Shown here piece after piece: positions 50,922 to 63,579 of a stretch of DNA of 64,000 bases. The stretch is from Carcharhinus longimanus. Lineage: Eukaryota. The DNA lies in assembly GCA_030264375.1 (NCBI GenBank), contig JASCQW010000112.1:78001446-78065445 (forward strand). Direction: 5' to 3'. The notes below the pieces were generated by a model that was not told the DNA's origin, made no database searches, and worked only from the letters and a program-made list of their open reading frames with translations. A program made the translations under genes and the position numbers. The stretch's first letter is position 1; each line of letters opens with the position of its first letter.

Positions 50922-51086
50922 TTGTTTTGTCTATAAATTATTGGGGGTGTAATGTTATAAGACTTCCAGAGGAGAAACATTGCCTCCACAGGATTGAGTT
51001 CAAAGTCATCACTATCCAAGCTCAATACTGACCAAAACACCCACAGGACTATCTAATGCACTCAGACAGAGGTACAACACTTGGTC

Positions 51087-51144
51087 TAGGGGATTTTCAC
51101 AATAACTTTGTTGCAGTGTTAATGTAACTACTTGTAACAATAAA
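51087..51144 (+). mobile_element. Isolated retroposon 3' tail (same type as 2716 and 37873)
   Basis: TAGGGGATTTTCACAATAACTTTGTTGCAGTGTTAATGTAACTACTTGTAACAATAAA. Confidence 0.6.
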
Positions 51145-51149
51145 ATATC

Positions 51150-52450
51150 CATGAACCAGAAAACAGAAGAGCTTCAATCATATTTAGATCACAAAGACTG
51201 GAAGAGATTCTGCATTGCTCTGAAATCTGTCTGCAGACCCCAGTTTACTGGTTCATCTCTGATGCGGATGGGTCAAGACTGTTCAAAGAAAAAGTCCAAA
51301 TTCTAGAAAGATGGACAGAGCGTTTTCATCACATCTTCTCTCAGCCTTCATCCATCAATGAAGAAGCAAAGGCCAGTCTGCCTCCAGGTACCATTTCTCT
51401 TGATGACTCTCTCACACTGGGAAATGGGAATTAAATTCCTGTCTGGAGGTAAATCTCCAACACTAACGCGATCTCAGCTGAGATTTACAAGTCTGGAAGT
51501 CAATGCCTGATTAAAAAGCTCACAGAACCTTGTCATTCAATTTGGGAGCAAGGAGCCACCTACACAAATACACGAATATCTTCACTGACCATCCAGACGA
51601 ACAGAAAGGAACTCATCAATCTAGTGTCAACGAGCTGAGATGCAGTGTAGAGTAGACTTGTTCTCCAATGCATTCAACAACTTCTGATCAGCGTAATGAA
51701 AACTGAGCCCTAGGTTTCAGTCTCCGACCAGAACTTGTCAGCAGTGGATAAGCTCACAGCCTCAGCAGCACACCTCCTTGAGCTGTCTATATTGATAACA
51801 AGAAATAAGCAAGAATTATCAAAGCAAATGTGGCCGTCCACAGACTTTGAAAATGGCTAATTCTACCCACTAAACTGACTGACATTTGTTGATAGTGTAT
51901 TAAAAATTATATTTCTTGTTTCGTCTGCTTGAGGCAATCTACACAGATTAACAATACTCAGAATAAGAGTGGGAACATGAGCTGACTTTGGAAGCTTCTG
52001 AAGATCGAGTAGCAGAAGGAAATACCCAACACTGNNNNNNNNNNCATTGTGATAGTCGAGCTGTGTTGAGTTGGTCATGCAGCCAGGATGCCTGACACTC
52101 ACTTACCAAAGTGAATCTTCTTTAGCGTGTTTGAGTTTGTGCTACGCTGTCTCAAGTGACAGGGATTACTGCAAGGACACTCTGAAAGCTTCACTTTGGA
52201 GTTTTGATTTCCACTTTGATTCCTGGGACAAGTGCACTGGGGGTTGCCATCCCTGGCACAACAAAATCACAAACAATGCAGCCTCCTTCAAAAGCAGGCG
52301 CATATCAGAGTGAAAGAGACAACGCAAGGCGAGGACATCCTGAACCAGTAACTTGTCCAAAATTCACTCATCACTGATATCCTGTCCTATTTGCAGCAGA
52401 GCACTCTGGGCTCAGATTGGCTTTAAACAACACTGGAACCCTACCAAACA
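51150..52450 (+). mobile_element. Decayed, internally deleted RTE-clade LINE
   Basis: Colinear frameshifted peptides ILERWTERF, QPSSINEEA, ISAEIYKSG, LIKKLTE, GHAARMPD, KDTLKASL and C-terminal CPICSR, typical of RTE ORFs. Confidence 0.75.
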
Positions 52451-52634
52451 TCCCAACTAATCAATTTGGACAACTTCACTGCAAAGGATGAACAAGATAT
52501 AAATTGTAAATGTTTCTGAGAGAAATACTGGAGGATGTTGTTATTCACAAGTATACACAATGCTGTGTAAATTGCATCTCTGTATAAGATAGTAAATATA
52601 TGCAAATATATTTCAGCTATGGCTAAATTGAGTC

Positions 52635-52921
52635 TGAGTGATAGGATTCTGGGTTCTCATTCTATTCTAGTATCTGAATGCAAAAGTCAAGACTGACACT
52701 CCATTGCAGTACTGGGGGAATGCAGCACTGTTGGAGGTGCTGATTTTCAGGTGAGATGTCTGCCCTGTCAGGTGGATGTATTTCAGAGAAGACAGGCTCT
52801 CCCCAGTGTCCTGGCCAACATTTATCCTTTGTGAGAGCTTGCTGTGTAAATTGGCTGTCACATTTTCTACATTACAACAATGACTACACTTCAAAAAGAG
52901 ATGTCTGGTGTTGGTGCAAAG
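52635..52921 (+). mobile_element. DeuSINE (SacSINE1/AmnSINE1-related); 3' tail displaced to ~56760-56791 by an LTR insertion
   Basis: CTGACACTCCATTGCAGTACTG..GCACTGTTGGAGGTGC..CAGGTGGATG..CCCCAGTGTCCTGGCCAACATTTATCC..CTTGCTGTG..AAATTGGCTG..CTACATTACAACAATGACTACACTTCAAAA; terminal ATAAATGCAAGTCATTTCTT at ~56767-56787. Confidence 0.75.
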
Positions 52922-53164
52922 CGCAGTATTAGGGTGTACAGGTCAGAAAAGGTTAATGTGGAGCTGGAGAAACAGTACAGCCCGTATGATGTAGTAAAGG
53001 GAGTCACATGTTTAGTAACAGTCTGGTATAGCCTGAATAAAAATAGCTCATGGGTTGGACTGAAGAAGCCATGGGTTGGACTGAAGAACTATATTGTATA
53101 TCTGCACAAGGTTAGAGTTCTGCCTCTGGATCTCCTCCTTAGACAACCACAACAATATACAAAA
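52922..53164 (+). repeat. 5' LTR
   Basis: CGCAGTATTAGGGTGT..GAAAAGGTTAATGTGGAGCTGG..CCTTAGACAACCACAACAATATACAAAA; contains a private tandem duplication at 53049-53088. Confidence 0.75.
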
Positions 53165-56100
53165 TGCTGGCAACAGGTGAAGGATCCAAAGGTTCCGACA
53201 AAAAAAATTGGAAAAATCTGCAGTCTGATCTGAAAAAAAGCACCGAGGTGGAAGAAACATTTGGAAATTGCCAGAAAAACTCCACAACAAACATGAAGGC
53301 TGAGAGGGATAGAGCACATCAAGTGTGCAGTTCAAGAATGGCTCTGCCACAGCACCTGAATATCCATGAAAATACCAATCAAAAAGCAACGTCAAAGCGG
53401 GNNNNNNNNNNNNNNNNNNNNNNNNNNNNNNNNNNNNNNNNNNNNNNNNNNNNNNNNNNNNNNNNNNNNNNNNNNNNNNNNNNNNNNNNNNNNNNNNNNN
53501 NCATCCCCCCCACCCCCCCATGGCGTGTTTCTCGGTGACCCACCATTGGCTGAAGGGGGATCATCTGGTCTCACTTCTGTCAATGGGATTTCCCGGTGAA
53601 TCCATCACTTGTTGCAGTTTTGCGGGACGGGGGTTTGCCAGGGGTGGGAACAGAGATCGTCCTGATGCAAAGAGTCAGAAAATCCCATCCAAAGAATCTC
53701 TCAATGATTGAAGAGGGTGAGCAAACTTTTGGAAAAGTTTAACAAGGCTTCTAAACGTAGTGCAGTAACTGGGCTGCACTGGGAGACAGTTCATTTTAAA
53801 TGGCAGTTTGTAACATGCCACAATCTGGACTCAGAAGCAGCTCCATGGCAGTCACACAGTGAAAAAGCGAAAAAAAAAAGCAAAAATCAGCTACTAAATC
53901 TGATCCTCCAGAGACCAGAAAGTAAGCAACTGGCTTTAAGACTCATTTCAATAACTTTTCCTGAGATTTGGAGAAGGTTTGAAACAGTTTAGTAACGAGT
54001 TGGGTTTCAAAGAATCCCAAACTGTGAAGGAATGCTCGATCAGTGCCGCACCATTTTACCAATTTAAATCAAACCTCTCCTGAGCTGAAAACAATGGTGA
54101 ATTCAAAATAATCTTTGCCAGAACACTTTGACCAGATGGAAGACCCAGACTCGTTTCAGGACTGGACACGACAGAGAAGGGGATTTTGCATCAGGATTAA
54201 ATATTAAATCAGAGGCTGAGCGGGTTAATACGCTTTTGTATTCAATTGGTGAAGTTGGTGATGATATGATAACCAGACAAGGCATTATTGAATCAGCTGA
54301 CTCGTTTGAAGAGGTCTTAAATTCCCTGACAGTTACATTAACCTTGTCAGCATCAAAATTTTGGAAAGAGTAAGGTTGAGTGGAAGGGTCAAGAATTCTG
54401 GAGAACCTGTGGAAACTTTCATTAATGATTTGTATCAATTAGCTAAAGGCTGTTAATCTGGAAATCTTAAGTTTGAGCTAAGACAAGGCAGCATTAATGG
54501 TTGAGGGTAACTGACAGTACCTTCTCTGACCTACTTCAATCCAAAGAAGATTTAACTTCAGAGAAGGTGGCACAGATTGTCATGTAACTTGATGTCTATT
54601 CAGTAAAATAGATTCACACTGAGAGGAAAATAAACCACACAGTGCTGTTCATTAAAAAACAAAATGCAAAAAACACTTTGGGAGAAAAGAAGACTTCATG
54701 ATTAAAACTCAGGATGGCAGTAAACCAGGTAGGTGCTGTGGCATCAAAAATCCTCAGAGGCATGGGCAATGTTGCACAAGTATGGCAGAGTGTTTCCATG
54801 GCAAAAGGTAGGGCACTTTGGGAAGATGTGCAGATCAAAAACCTCTAAATATTTAGGGAATCGCTAGTGAATCTTCAGAGAAAAAGCCATCAACGAGTTA
54901 GAAAAGTCACACCTAGATGAAGAACAATTCTGAGGTAAAATTAGAGATCCCAAATTTACCTTCTGGAAAGCTGGCATCTGCATTATTGAGCATGTTGTTA
55001 ATTTTAAACTCGGCACAAGAACAAGTGTGACTGCCCTGTCTGACAGCAAACCATGACTAACCAACTCTTGGCTGCAGTCAACACACACACACTATTACAT
55101 GTCCAGGCAGGAATCAGACGAACAGTAATAGACATGTTTCTAAAACCACTCCAAAATACGTGAAAAACAGGTACGGAGATGTGATATGTGATTCTCAATC
55201 AGAAACATTCCCTCCTGAGCTCAGACGCTCCTGTTGTCCTCAACCTCATTGGAACAGTGAAAGTTCTCAAGGAACAGGCTGTCATTGAATGTATAAAGTT
55301 AGTGACCCTCAAACTGTCCAACAAAACTGATGATCTCAAGTGGCACCTCAGTGCCAAATTTTCAACACACTTTGCATGGGCAAGTAATTCAGTTCCTTCC
55401 CAACCTGATGATGGTAAATGTCTTCGGCCTGAAGAGGAACCAGACCAGCTGGATCAATGAGTAGCTGAGTGAAACCATGACTATTCATCATTTGGCCAAT
55501 CATTGGAGAGAATTGTAGTTAAAACCCAGATGACAAGAGATACGGGTACAATCCCACATTCATCTGTCAATATTGACCTCTTAGTAAGTGCATCCACACT
55601 GATTCATCCACCAAAACACTTGGCCCAGGGTTTAAATAACCAAATGGNNNNNNNNNNNGAACTAGAAACAAAAGTGAATCAGATTAATTCTACCTCTTGT
55701 TTGTCAGAGGACATTGACCTTCTGACCACAGCGGAGTTACTGCAATTGGAGAGACTGAAAGATAAACATCTTCCTCACCTCCAGAAACCACAATCTAGGA
55801 TTCCTGAGACTTCAGGAGCCAGGGGCTACAGGAGTGATTGTTCTCAGGGCAAGGCACAGCAAAGTCATTAAAAAGAACCAGGAACCATGTGATGAACAGG
55901 AGAGGGAACAGAGTTAACATGGAGAAAGGGATCCAGCCATGCCAAGGAAATATTGACATGGGAAAGTACAACAACAAGGAGAGGGAGAAAGGGGTCAAGG
56001 GAGGAATTCTTTGGCTGCGCTTGCCCAAAACTGGAAAATCCTGCCCAAGATCAACAGACCTTTGCACGGTCTGCCCTGCCCGTTATGATTCCCATGGCAG

Positions 56101-56374
56101 GCAGGGATGGGAAAATTTCCCTCCGAGTGTTGAACCTCAAACAAAAGAAGCAGCAAACACTGAAATTTCCAATTCTGCTGAAGAACAACCAAGTCAAAAC
56201 AAAGAGATCCACATTGAGATTACTAATCCTCCAAACTTCAAAAGAAAACAATCATGAAGACTTGCCAAACCTCCAAACTGATGAAAGCCGAGAAGTCAGA
56301 GACTTGGGGGCATTGGAGAAGGGGTAGCATGTAGATAAGAGTGCAAATGCATTAGGATAAAAGGTTGGGGGAGG

Positions 56375-56596
56375 TGTAGTATTAAGGTGTTAAGGACTGG
56401 AAAAGGATGAATGTGGGGCTGGGGAAGCAGTATCGTCCACAGGATGATGTTATGGGAGTCACGTGGTCAGTAGTCTGAATGGAGATAGCTCATGGCTTGG
56501 GTTGTATGCTTGCACACAGCTATGTTCTACAGTAGTTACAGTTCAGACTCTATGCTCCTCAACCTCTTCCTTAAACAATCACAACAACATACAACA
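56375..56596 (+). repeat. 3' LTR
   Basis: TGTAGTATTAAGGTGT..GAAAAGGATGAATGTGGGGCTGG..CCTTAAACAATCACAACAACATACAACA (TG...CA termini). Confidence 0.75.
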
Positions 56597-59500
56597 CAAA
56601 GTGTTTNNNNNNNNNNNNNNNNNNNNNNNNNNNNNNNNNNNNNNNNNNNNNNNNNNNNNNNNNNNNNNNNNNNNNNNNNNNNNNNNNNNNNNNNNNNNNN
56701 NNNNNNCTCTATGCTCCTCATCCTATTCCTTAAACAATCACAACAACAGAAAACAAAAAGTGTTTCATAAATGCAAGTCATTTCTTTTTTTATAAGAGAT
56801 GAAAATGACAAAGGTTTATTTTAGTATGGTATCACTCAGTAACGATTTGCACGCACCAGGTAATGACATTGCGGCTGAAAACTGGAGAACTCATGGGACT
56901 ACATTTTTAATAGTTTTAGAATTAGTAACAGTTTTCCATTTGGCTTTTGGATTTTTAAGTTGTGAACTATGTGTCATGACAGCCTGGAGAGATCGGAGAA
57001 ATTGTCCTATTCAAGACTTGCTCATTTGTTCAAAGTAATATTCTCATTTTGCAAAGATTTCCAATGTAGATGCTTACTTTTATCAGGCACTAATTAGTTT
57101 TCTGTGAACTGACACTTTCTAACACCCTCCAACTGACGTAGGTTTTAATCAGATCTGATTTTATATATCTAATCCTACATTTTTTTCACATTGCCAAAGC
57201 TCATTAACACTAAAAGTAACTTGAGAGCCTACAACCTTGGTTGGACTACTTCAGAACCCAACAAGCACAAAATAGCATAATAATGTAAATTAAATATTAG
57301 TGATATTTAGCTCAGTCAGTCTATAAGTGCTAAGTAAGCTCTACTCAAACTTGCCTTTTACATGTCTCGAGAAAGGGAAAAAAACATGTTAAAATAGTGT
57401 GTTAATTTTTGAAATGTCACCATCATGTGTATGTAGGTGTATTTTGATTTGATATAATCTTTTACAAACTGTAGGGTAGCTGATTCCTTTGTAAAACACG
57501 ATTAACATAATGAAGTTAGGCCTATAATGACAAGATGTGTTTTTTTTCTAAAGGATATTTTTTAACACTAAACTTGTGTAGATTTATGTAGTAATGGAGG
57601 AGGGGGGTGACTTGATGCATTTGGTAAAATATTCCGGCTGCTTTATGGAGGATTTTAGAATTTATCTACTGGCATGTTTCCTCAATTACTGCTTTATAAT
57701 GAAAACATGAAGAATCTCTGGGGAATGAGATACAAAAATACAATCTTAAACCACGTAGTCTTTCAAAGGTAAACCAACAGCGTTGCCGCTTCCAGCATGT
57801 CGATCATTCCTTTTTCACAACTCCCTGTTTAGGCAAGTAAATACATTATTTGAACAATAATAATTGAATCCATGTCATTTTCTCACAGCGGCTTTGTGTA
57901 TTTCTTGCAGGCTGAAAGATTGGATTACTGGTAAGTTTTTAATTCATCCATTAATCATAGATAAAAAACACCATACATTTATAATTCTCTATGAAAGTCA
58001 TTGACTGTAAGATAGGAGACATACTGAATGCAAACACATAAGTTACCTGTGTACATAAAACTCACCGATCATCATTTCAAATAATTAGGCAATTTTGCAC
58101 TTGTAAATTTTTTAAGAGTGTTTACGATGGAAGGTTTTTTTTTTAATTTGATTTTTGTGTTCCACATTGCTTTTTTTTAAAAAGAGGAATTATGTCAAAG
58201 ATTTGCATCTGACAGGAAAATTGCGCTTCCGCCATTACAAAGGGGTAATCAGCAGAAAAAGCTGGTCACAATCTTCGTTTGACATGGTCTGTCAAATGCA
58301 GAAAAGCCACACTTGTGTTCATCTGCCTCAGGATGCATCCAGCATCAATCTTTAGGATTGACAATTAGAACACTTCATATAATTCCAAACAGCAGAAAAT
58401 ATCCTGATGGGATGGCAGTGGGTATGGGTGGTTAGGGAGATTGGGAGGCACAGCAGCAAGCGATCAAAATGACTGCTAAATTTGTGAATGTAATGAAAAT
58501 TGAAAATTTCCTCAATGTTCTAAAGTTATATGAGACAGTCGTTTATATTTGAACACTACTGATGCGTCATTGTACACAGGTTACGTTTTGTATAATTGCA
58601 CATTTAAATACAATAATTTGTCTTTATTTTTGTAAAGCACTTAATGCTATTTAACAGATAATTAGTTATCCGCTCAGAGTTTTGTGCCACCTCTAGGAAT
58701 TACAAAACACGTGTTGTTGAGATGAAATGTTGGCTATCTATTTTCCTGTGTTAAGAGTTCCCTATTTAGACAATTCTGCCCACTCACTGACCTGTAAGAT
58801 ATCAGGTGGCTATCAGAACATAGTAACTAAAGTGTTTTTTTTGTTAATACATTCAAGTCATGTTCACAGGCTCCAAGTAATTTGTTAAATGCCAACACAA
58901 TTTGCTGAAATTTTTTTCGATCCATGGGAACTCAGAAAGATGTTCTCACAATGCATCAACAATTCTCAACTGCATGCTGCAAAATTAATCACTGCCATTA
59001 TACAGAAATTACAACTGAATTATAACTTACCACACATGAAATCTGGTATTCAAGTGAAGAGAGCTGAGCTACAGTTTTTGTTTCCCTGTTAATGAGTGTA
59101 TAAACCCTATAAAGCAGTTTATCAAATAAACATTTGGAAGTACACAGAAGCACTGAAAAATTAGGTGCAGATTCTTCAACCTTTCTTAGTGAACCACAAA
59201 GAATGAAGATGTATATGATTTTTGCAGAGGCGGAATAGGTTGACTGTCAGTTGGGTATTGGCGACAGTCTGTCTGCAGTCCGTAAGATGATCCTTGCAGC
59301 ACCAGAGGAAAGTAGGCAGGATTCCTGGCTTGCAAGCATAGATATTGATCTACCTTAGGCATCTAAACAATGCCTCACCTGTTCGCCTTGTCCGCATTTT
59401 ATTTTCTGCCGTCTAATGCTTGTTTTGTTTGGCTTTTCTTTTATTTCTGTGGATCTGAGCTTTGATACACTTTGGGGAGTACATAAACACCCTGTTGTAC

Positions 59501-60525
59501 TAGAACATCATTCTCCTTTTAAAGTCTTTTGGTGGCTCGAGACCACCTTCTCCCGGCACAGAGGCCGCACTGTTACACCAGGTAAAATGAACAGCCAATA
59601 GTTAATTCACAAACAAAAGTGGTGTTTTACGAGAGAAATGACTATGCAGAACAATGATGGGCAATATAATAGTCATGGCAGCAGTGGGTCATTTGTATTT
59701 CTTCCTTATCTAAAGTGGCTTTCAATACTTTTATATACTTCATACTTTCTCAATAAGTATTTGGAAATTTATGATTGTAATGGCCACTCCTGTGAATATG
59801 ATTCCTGAGATACTAAACTGCATATACAAATATTTATTGCTTTCGCCGCTTTAACATCTGAATGTTATGATCATGAATAATGTTTGTTGTACAAAATTAA
59901 ATTTAAAATTTTGCATTGAGTTGTTGCAAAGCTATTCAATAACAACTATATTTACCCAGTTTTAATAATTCAGTAAAATTTCAGTTTAAAATATTGGGGA
60001 GGTTTTCTGGCCGTGACTATTCATTTTTAAATTAATTTGCTTTCTGGTGATGGAATCAGACACAGAATGAAGTTGATTTGATGAGTTAAGCCGTGAAAAC
60101 AATTGAAGTTTTACATTTTCGTTACTCCACATGGAGAATCCTTGGACTGGGTTTTCTGGTCAGGCCTGAGGTCCCCTATCCAGATGTGGGGGTCATTGCC
60201 AAGTGGGCAGCCAGATGTTACCAATTCTGTTGCTGTTGGCCAATTGACTGCTGGGATGTGGAAGCACCGGGCACTCAGGCAGGGTGGGTGGGGGTGAGAT
60301 CACACTGCCAGGGTTCCATCAATTCTATCCATCCTCAAAGGCAGCAATCATTGGATACCTGAGAAACCAGCACATGCAGTGGCTGAATGACAATCCAGGC
60401 TAACTCTATGGTTTACTGAACCTTCTCTGCAGATTTTCCTTCAAGCCGCAAGGGGAATCTTGAAGGTCAGTGTACCGAGAGACAGGAAGAGCAGTCCAGC
60501 CAGATAGACAAGGCGCGACTGTTCA

Positions 60526-60600
60526 GAGATTGCAGGGGAGGTCAGCAGTCACGGGGTTTTTCCTCAAACTTGGCTACAGTCCCACAAGTGTTTTAATGAA
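60526..60600 (+). pseudogene. Relic of Harbinger Myb/SANT-like DNA-binding protein
   Basis: EIAGEVSSHGVFPQTWLQSHKCFNE resembles the W-x-EIA-x-V...RT-x-x-QCRK-x-FNDL motif. Confidence 0.5.
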
Positions 60601-61699
60601 ATTGGGTGTGCCACCAGGGTGAATAAACCCACATTGCTCACCCTCCAGCCTTACGTATGGACTAGGTGTGATGTGAGATTGGTAGAAAGGGAATGCCCTG
60701 ACAGTCACTGGCATTACACCAGGCAGCAGCATTGGCAGTAAGAGACAGGCCGCCCTCTCTGTGAACAATCCTGGGCCATCTAAGTTGACCCCTCCGTTAC
60801 TGTGAATGACATTCAGAGGCATTCCTGTACTACTATCATAGGCAGTCAGCCTACGCTTGGTGGACACTTAAGTACTAATAGGAAGAGATAGAACATAACA
60901 CAAAGGAAAGAGTGAGGCCAAAGGGCCACCTACCTTTCCTGTTCATCCTGACCCAGGTAGAAGACAAGGCATCGAGGCTTGGAGGCCTGCATGGCTCTGC
61001 TCCTTGGCTAATGATGACACAGGAGTGGAGACTTGCAGAATTGAATGGGTGTGAGAGCCTCTGTCAAACACAAGGCATTCTGCCACTGGGCACAGGGAAC
61101 TCTGGATTAGAATTGCTGTGAATGATAAAATGGACCCTGTAATCAATCTGTTCTCTCATGCAGGTCAAAGACAAGTGCAGATAACTGTGGTGGCCTCTGA
61201 GGAGAAGGAGGTCATCAGAGGGTGCAGTGTCCACTCCCTGTGCTCTGGACAGGGCTGGGCAAACTGCCAGTTCAAAGTCAATGTCCTCGGACTTCTCAAC
61301 TGAGTAGGGGGGAGCTGGTATTCCTGAAAGGAGAGAGGAGTGATTCCTGCAGCATCTGACCCTCCTTACAGGTGCTCCTGAAGTGGACAGCTTCTCCTGG
61401 GCTCCTTTATCAGTGATACCAGTGCCTCACCTGGTTTCAGTGATGGACGAGGCACTGGGTTAAGTGAGTCTCATTACACCTGGGCTCTCCAAGCCTCAAA
61501 CAGCTAGAGTAGAACTGCCAAAGTCATCAAACTCCAGGGATTGCCTAAGTCAGTAGCTGGCCTGGAGTCCCTCACAGATTTTAGTAGCCACACTTCCAGT
61601 AGCCTTTGTCACAAAGTATCTATCTTTGAAGTTGTGTTGAGGGTAGGAGTGAGGGGAGTCTGGAAAGGTCTGACATCCTGGATTGTCTTAGGCTGTAGA

Positions 61700-62210
61700 T
61701 GTCTTGTCTGCCCCTCAGGAACAGTGCAGTACCTGAAGGAAGCACTGGAGTTGCTCACAGATCAGTTGAACATTGAGTGAGTGGAAACCCTTTGATTTGA
61801 AGGCCACTAGTTGGTCAGTGGGAGCCTTGATGACCATGTGTGTAGTCAATGATACCCTACAGCAGGGAAATGCATCAAAGGGCCCTGAATCATCTGACCC
61901 TTCTGCTCCCCTGGTCAGTGTGAATGTCTATGTCCTGGATAGTCTTCTTGAACATTTTATTGGTGATCAGCTTGATGTGAAATGAGTCACAGTCTTGGCC
62001 ATCCCACGTTTATCTCCAGTGGATCCCTGGAATGATCCTGAAATGTTGGAATTCAGCAGCATAGTGACATGCAGCTCCACAGGCCTTCCCCTCACCCACA
62101 GGGTTCAGCTGTCCTTGATTCTGACACTGTGACTGCCCGCCGGGAGGTGCAGTCTTCAGGCACACTGCTAATCTGACATTGGCACAAAGTGGAGCCTCTG
62201 ACATTCTGTC
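61700..62210 (-). pseudogene. Relic of Harbinger (HARBI1-like) DDE transposase, N-terminal half
   Basis: Minus-strand peptides VTMLLNSNISGSFQGSTGDKRGM, GIIDYTH (first catalytic D), frameshift, then VIKAPTDQLVAFKSKGFHSLNVQLICE. Confidence 0.8.
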
Positions 62211-62215
62211 CTCTC

Positions 62216-62552
62216 TAGAATCATAGGAAGAATCATACAAACTCTACAGTACAGAGAGGCCATTGGGCCCATCGAGTCTGCACCGACCACAATCCCACCC
62301 AGGCCCTACCCCCATCTCCCTACATATTTACCCGCTAATCCCTTTGACCTAAACATTTCAGGATACTAAGGGACAATTTTAGCATGGCCAATCTACCTAA
62401 CCCACACATCTTTGGAGGAAATCGAAGCACCTGGAGGAAACCCATGCAGACACGGGAGAATGTGCAAACTCCACTCAGACAGTGACCTGAGGCCAGAATT
62501 GAACCCGGGTCCATGGCACAATGAGGCAGCAATGCTAACCACGATGCTGCCC
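62216..62552 (-). mobile_element. Near full-length HE1/V-type SINE inserted in the Harbinger relic
   Basis: Tail, core GGAGGAAACCCATGCAGACACGGGAGAATGTGCAAACTCCAC, head GAATTGAACCCGGGTCC..GAGGCAGCAATGCTAACCAC. Confidence 0.9.
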
Positions 62553-63260
62553 TCAGATTCCAAGCCTATTCACCTCCCCTCTGCTCTGTTCATGCACGTG
62601 ACATGTCCAAAATGACACACAAGCACAGTGCCCCCGGCTCCTGACTGATATTGTCAATGCCAATGCTGTTCCAACCTCCCTTCCAAACTACACTATCATT
62701 CACACTGCCTGCTGTCGAGTTAGCACTGACCCACCAGTACGAGCTGAGGCTCTGAAACTCTTTGTTAATGTGCATGCTTCATAAAATTAGAAATCCCTGG
62801 TAAAATAGGAATTGAGTGGCGGTTAGAGAAGTTACATTACTTCCCCAATGCATCTCAGTGCAATGTCCTGCCCACAGCACTGCAGTCTTCAGAATGTCCA
62901 ATGGCAACAAAAAGTCACACGCTTTCCCACCAGTGCCTTTGACCTGATATTACAGCACCCTCTGCCTCTGAGTCCATCACTGTCAACAGTAAAATCCAAC
63001 CGTTTGAAGAAGCATACATTAATATAATTGTAGAGGACAAGGTTTGTGCTTCTCTATTTGTAAATGTATTTCTGTGCGATGGTCTGAATGCAACATTTAA
63101 ATGTGAATTCTTGAAACAGAACACAAGACTCAGATTTTCCCATAGCTGGAAGATTGGAGAGAACAATGTTAATGTTACTCATTCCATTAATGATCATTGA
63201 GAACTTATTCCCAACTTTCCTACAATTTTAATTTTACAATTAAGTTGATCTTTCTCTCCA

Positions 63261-63390
63261 CCCTCGCTGTGACTGTAACACTACCCTCTCCTTTCCTTCT
63301 CTATGAATGGTATGCTTTGTCTGTATAGTGTGCAAGAAACGATACTTTTCATTGCATGTTCATACATGTGACAAAAATCAAATCAAATTA
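63261..63390 (+). mobile_element. LINE 3' tail fragment (possibly Rex1/Babar-like)
   Basis: TTTGTCTGTATAG..GCAAGAAAC..TACTTTTCA..TACATGTGACAA followed by AAATC repeats. Confidence 0.45.
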
Positions 63391-63579
63391 AATTTTAATT
63401 GATTGGTAATGACACGGTTATTTCTTCCAAGAGATTGATGACAATACCTGATGATGAGTTATTTTGAGGGGGATGGAAGACATCGCTGCTGGAAACAGCA
63501 CCAGGAATCTTCCAGAACACCTTCACCTTCAAATGAAGAATTGAGGAAAAATACACTTTGGGGCTCTAATTGATTTTTA

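Larger units (their letters stand above)
52922..56596 (+). mobile_element. Old Ty3/Gypsy-type LTR retrotransposon, internally deleted, with 5-bp TSD
   Basis: Paired diverged LTRs; CAAAG on both flanks; PBS-like TGGCAACAG at 53168; PPT-like GGGGGAGG at 56367-56374; gag relics (SGLNIKSEAERVNTLLYSIGEVGDDM; GEPVETFINDLYQLAKGC; AECFHG../GHFGKMCRS) and protease relic VNFKLGTRTSVTAL. Confidence 0.8.
60140..62870. mobile_element. Fossil PIF/Harbinger DNA transposon (boundaries approximate)
   Basis: Convergent relics of a Myb/SANT-like gene (+) and a HARBI1-like DDE transposase (-); interrupted by a SINE. Confidence 0.6.

Noticed and set aside
56548-56766. Apparent tandem duplication of the LTR end across the 100-N gap
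   Set aside because: Same pattern flanks other 100-N gaps, so probably overlapping contig ends or haplotypes rather than real duplication.
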